Both the position numbers and the translations under genes were made by a program. This document shows, piece after piece, positions 61,284 through 64,000 of a stretch of 64,000 nucleotides of DNA. Positions within the stretch are counted from its first letter, which is position 1. Each line of letters starts with the position of its first letter. The DNA is from an uncultured Verrucomicrobiae bacterium (lineage in GTDB: Bacteria; Verrucomicrobiota; Verrucomicrobiia; Chthoniobacterales; Chthoniobacteraceae), in assembly GCA_963828525.1 (NCBI GenBank), contig CAWHEP010000008.1, forward strand, positions 160,001-224,000, written 5' to 3'. The notes beneath the pieces are model-generated. The model did not search any database, was not told the origin of the DNA, and saw nothing but the letters and a program-made list of their open reading frames with translations.

Positions 61284-61615
61284 GTCCCGGGGCGACCAGC
61301 CGGGCATAGATCAATCATGCGTCGGTAGCCCGCTCCGCGCGGACCGCTCAATTCATCATGCGCAAGCGGGGTGATGATGATGCCGGGATTGATCGTGTTG
61401 ACGCGCGCGCCGCGCTTGCCCCATCGCACGGCCTCGGCCATCACTCGCAAGGAATTCCCGCGCTTGGAAAGTTGGTAGCGTGGAGTGGGTCGGTCACCTG
61501 GTCAGGCTGAAGCATGGGCAAAGCGACCCGCCACGCGCGATGACGTTGCCAATCTCCTCCAGCACCAGCGCGGTGCCAAACAGATCGACCTTGAGGATGA
61601 CGGCGGGATGGCGCA
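61277..61615 (-). pseudogene. SDR-family oxidoreductase fragment
   Basis: PAVILKVDLFGTALVLEEIGNVIARGG, an internal deletion, then HA(Y)QLSKRGN (YxxxK)...GARVNTINPGIIITPL...GRPGTP, ending at the TAA of the attC. Confidence 0.7.
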
Positions 61616-61733
61616 ATTGCTTTACGGCAGTGGGCCTGCGGCGGTGACGCTTCGGCGTGTTCGTGGTGCGGCCCCCAAATCGGCAGCGGCACTTTTCGCT
61701 GGCTCTAACACCGCGCAACGTCAACATCCGCCC

Positions 61734-62633
61734 ATGGTTCCCGCGTTTTTAACTGCGGTCTTTTTTGCGCTTTCGGTGGTTTGCGCTTCCCGTTCCGCCC
61801 GCCTGTTGGGCGCGACAGGGGCGAACTACCGCCGGCTTCTGGTATCGCTTCTCCTTCTGGGAATTTGGGCGCACGTATGGGGGCATGGATTGGGGGGCAA
61901 GACCTTCTTCTGGTTCTTTCTGAGCGGGAGCATTGGCTTCGGCCTCGGCGACATGGCGCTTTACCAGGCACTGGCGGCGATTGGTCCCCGCCTGGCTGTC
62001 ATCCTTGTCCAATGCCTCGCCGTGCCGTTCGCGGCTTGTATCGAGAGACTCTGGCTCGGAACTGCTGTAAACGCGGGGCAAGCTGTCTGCGGTTTCGTGA
62101 TACTGGCAGGGGTTGCGATTGCGCTGGGGGAATCCTCTGTGGATTTGGCGGCTGCCGTTCGTCTCCGGGGAACACTTTTCGGCATTGCTGCCGCGCTCGG
62201 GCAGGCAGCGGGCGCGGTGGTCAGCCGGAAAGCTTATCTGGTCGCCGCGCTTCTAGGGGAGCCGGTGGACGGCGGGACGGCCGCTTACGAGCGCATGATC
62301 GGCGGTGTTCTCGCTACGAGCGTCTTTTACCTTGCCCTGCTCGGCAGAAACCAAAGCAGGCGCAGCGAAGGCCCCCGGCTAAACCGCCAAAACAGGGCCG
62401 TTGCCTGGCGCTGGGTAGTACTCAACGCGCTTGCCGGGGCGACACTCGGTGTCAGTTGCTACCAGTGGGCGCTTTCTACCACCCCAAGCGCGATCGTCCT
62501 GCCCATCGTCGCACTGGCGCCGATAATAACCATTCCGCTGGCGTTCGCCCTTGAAGGGGACAAACCGACCCTGCGGTCGGTGCTCGGCGGCATTATCGCC
62601 GTTGCGGGAGCAATCCAACTCACCCGCATGTAG
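61734..62633 (+). CDS. DMT/EamA-family transporter
   Basis: Two EamA repeats, SGSIGFGLGD, about 10 TM helices; ATG at 61734. Confidence 0.85.
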   Translation: MVPAFLTAVFFALSVVCASRSARLLGATGANYRRLLVSLLLLGIWAHVWGHGLGGKTFFWFFLSGSIGFGLGDMALYQALAAIGPRLAVILVQCLAVPFAACIERLWLGTAVNAGQAVCGFVILAGVAIALGESSVDLAAAVRLRGTLFGIAAALGQAAGAVVSRKAYLVAALLGEPVDGGTAAYERMIGGVLATSVFYLALLGRNQSRRSEGPRLNRQNRAVAWRWVVLNALAGATLGVSCYQWALSTTPSAIVLPIVALAPIITIPLAFALEGDKPTLRSVLGGIIAVAGAIQLTRM

Positions 62634-62639
62634 GGGCCC

Positions 62640-63236
62640 CTAGTATTTGATGGCGCAACCGTAGGATTTTGTAGTCGCTGTCGAGACCTGCTGACCCGCC
62701 ATTGCCTGGTCGAGAGCCGCCTTTACATAGTTGGTCGCCTTCGAAATATCGGCGGTGTCTGTAGAGGCGATGCTGTCGATAGCGCCTTCATAGATCAACT
62801 TGCCCTGAGGATTAATCACGAACATGTCGGGCGTGGTCTTGGCGCCATACTGCCGTCCTACCCTGCCATCGCCATCCAATAAAATCGCGGTGGCTGCGGC
62901 GTTCTTTGCCTTGGCCCACTTGTCGAGGTCCGGTGGCGGATAGTTGCCCTGCTTGCCCGGGGCCGAGGAGTCGATCGTCAGCCACACCACTCCCTTGCCG
63001 GTATAGAAGTGCTGGAGGCCCGGTATGTTCCCTGACTCATAATGTTTCTTCACAAACGGGCAATCCGGATTTGCCCACTCTAGAACAACGTATTTGCCTT
63101 TGAATTCAGAGAGCCCGCGGGCTTTTCCCGCCGTGTCCGGAATGGAAAAGTCAGGCGCTGGGGAGCCACTGCTAACTCCGGCGAATGCGGAGGATGCGAT
63201 TGACGACAGAGCCAGAAGTAAGAGGTGGTATTTCAT
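62640..63236 (-). CDS. Exported redoxin / thioredoxin-family protein
   Basis: Signal peptide, APDFS..D, VVLEWANPDCPFV, YGAKTTP, YEGAID, YGCAIKY. Confidence 0.85.
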   Translation of the reverse strand: MKYHLLLLALSSIASSAFAGVSSGSPAPDFSIPDTAGKARGLSEFKGKYVVLEWANPDCPFVKKHYESGNIPGLQHFYTGKGVVWLTIDSSAPGKQGNYPPPDLDKWAKAKNAAATAILLDGDGRVGRQYGAKTTPDMFVINPQGKLIYEGAIDSIASTDTADISKATNYVKAALDQAMAGQQVSTATTKSYGCAIKY

Positions 63237-63274
63237 AATTAACCAATACGACGTTATTCCTGAATTTCAGAATT

Positions 63275-64000
63275 TCAACCGGGTCCGGGTTTTTCGGCCC
63301 TATCGAGGCTTTCCAAAACCTCGCGCTCGGTTAAAAGCTCTGATAATATATCCGGCTCGCCGCCTCCTGCCGGATAGACCGCATAAACGGGGACGCCAGC
63401 CCTCCCGAAGCCCCTGAGCATCTTCGTTATCTGAGCATCGCCCCTGGTCCAATCGGCCTTCAACAAAACGACTCCACCTTTCGTAAAAGCATCTCGCACG
63501 GTGGAGGAAGCGAGAACGAAGCGCTCGTTGTATTTGCAATTCGCGCACCAATCCGCCGTAAAGTCCACGAAGACCGGCTTCCCTGATTTGGCTGCTTGCT
63601 CCAGCCGGGAAGGCGAGAAAGGAAGCCAGCCCGCGTCAGACGCGAAAGTCTGGGCGGCAACGGGCGTGATTTTACCCACGACGAAAAAAAGCAATCCGAA
63701 GAGTGAGACAGCGGTCATAAATCCGAGTGAACCAAGACGCTCAATCGGAGAAGCTTGTCCAGTGAGGAAGGCTCCTTTTATCCAGCAAGCGATTCCAAGG
63801 CATAGAAGAAAAGCCGCAGTCGAAATGACTGCCTGGACGCCGGTCTCCAATCCAAGAACGAACAGGAGCCAGAGGAGAGTTCCCATCAGCATAAAGCCGG
63901 TGAACTGCTTGAACCGGACCATCCACAAACCAGGCCGCGGCAGGAATCGCATCCATGCCGGCTGGGCCGTCAGCAGGAAATACGGAAAACTCATCCCGGC
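63275..64000 (-). CDS. DsbD-family protein-disulfide reductase, C-terminal part (5' end outside the window)
   Basis: LPRPGLWM TM region followed by a thioredoxin domain VFVDFTADWCANC...ADWT...GVPVY. Confidence 0.85.
   Translation of the reverse strand, partial: AGMSFPYFLLTAQPAWMRFLPRPGLWMVRFKQFTGFMLMGTLLWLLFVLGLETGVQAVISTAAFLLCLGIACWIKGAFLTGQASPIERLGSLGFMTAVSLFGLLFFVVGKITPVAAQTFASDAGWLPFSPSRLEQAAKSGKPVFVDFTADWCANCKYNERFVLASSTVRDAFTKGGVVLLKADWTRGDAQITKMLRGFGRAGVPVYAVYPAGGGEPDILSELLTEREVLESLDRAEKPGPG

Noticed and set aside
1..64000. CRISPR array, rRNA, intact IS or prophage, recognisable defence system
   Set aside because: No regularly spaced repeats, rRNA-like sequence, transposase, phage structural genes or known defence-gene motifs were seen.

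Overview
GC-rich bacterial chromosomal segment. Gene content and style suggest Verrucomicrobiota, possibly Chthoniobacterales-like (inference only). It is mostly housekeeping and envelope genes: riboflavin synthase (partial), trxB, hisG, MarR-MFP-RND efflux, GH127, opgG/opgH, topoisomerase IB, TamB/Omp85, ECF sigma/anti-sigma, an AddB-like nuclease, GH92, class I LysRS beside tRNA-Lys(UUU), mqnC, NRAMP, SET, site-2 protease, a radical SAM protein and redoxins/DsbD. There are two accessory patches. One is a decayed island at the 3' end of tRNA-Lys (integrase and ParE/RelE remnants, next to a YtrA-type GntR/ABC operon with two paralogous membrane proteins). The other is an integrase-less integron cassette remnant (one full attC, one half attC) next to a Phd-VapC toxin-antitoxin pair. 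The most notable observations: (1) all frameshifts in otherwise intact genes fall at GTAC sites, suggesting a DNA-modification-linked sequencing signature; (2) a sulfotransferase / 3x ~140-aa repeat / coiled-coil protein resembles a glycan chain-terminator or ruler; (3) the attC cassette remnant; (4) a 34-aa bS22-like ORF missing from the ORF track; (5) recurrent TANNNT-N5/6-start motifs pointing to leaderless transcription. All calls are by eye; no database searches were run.
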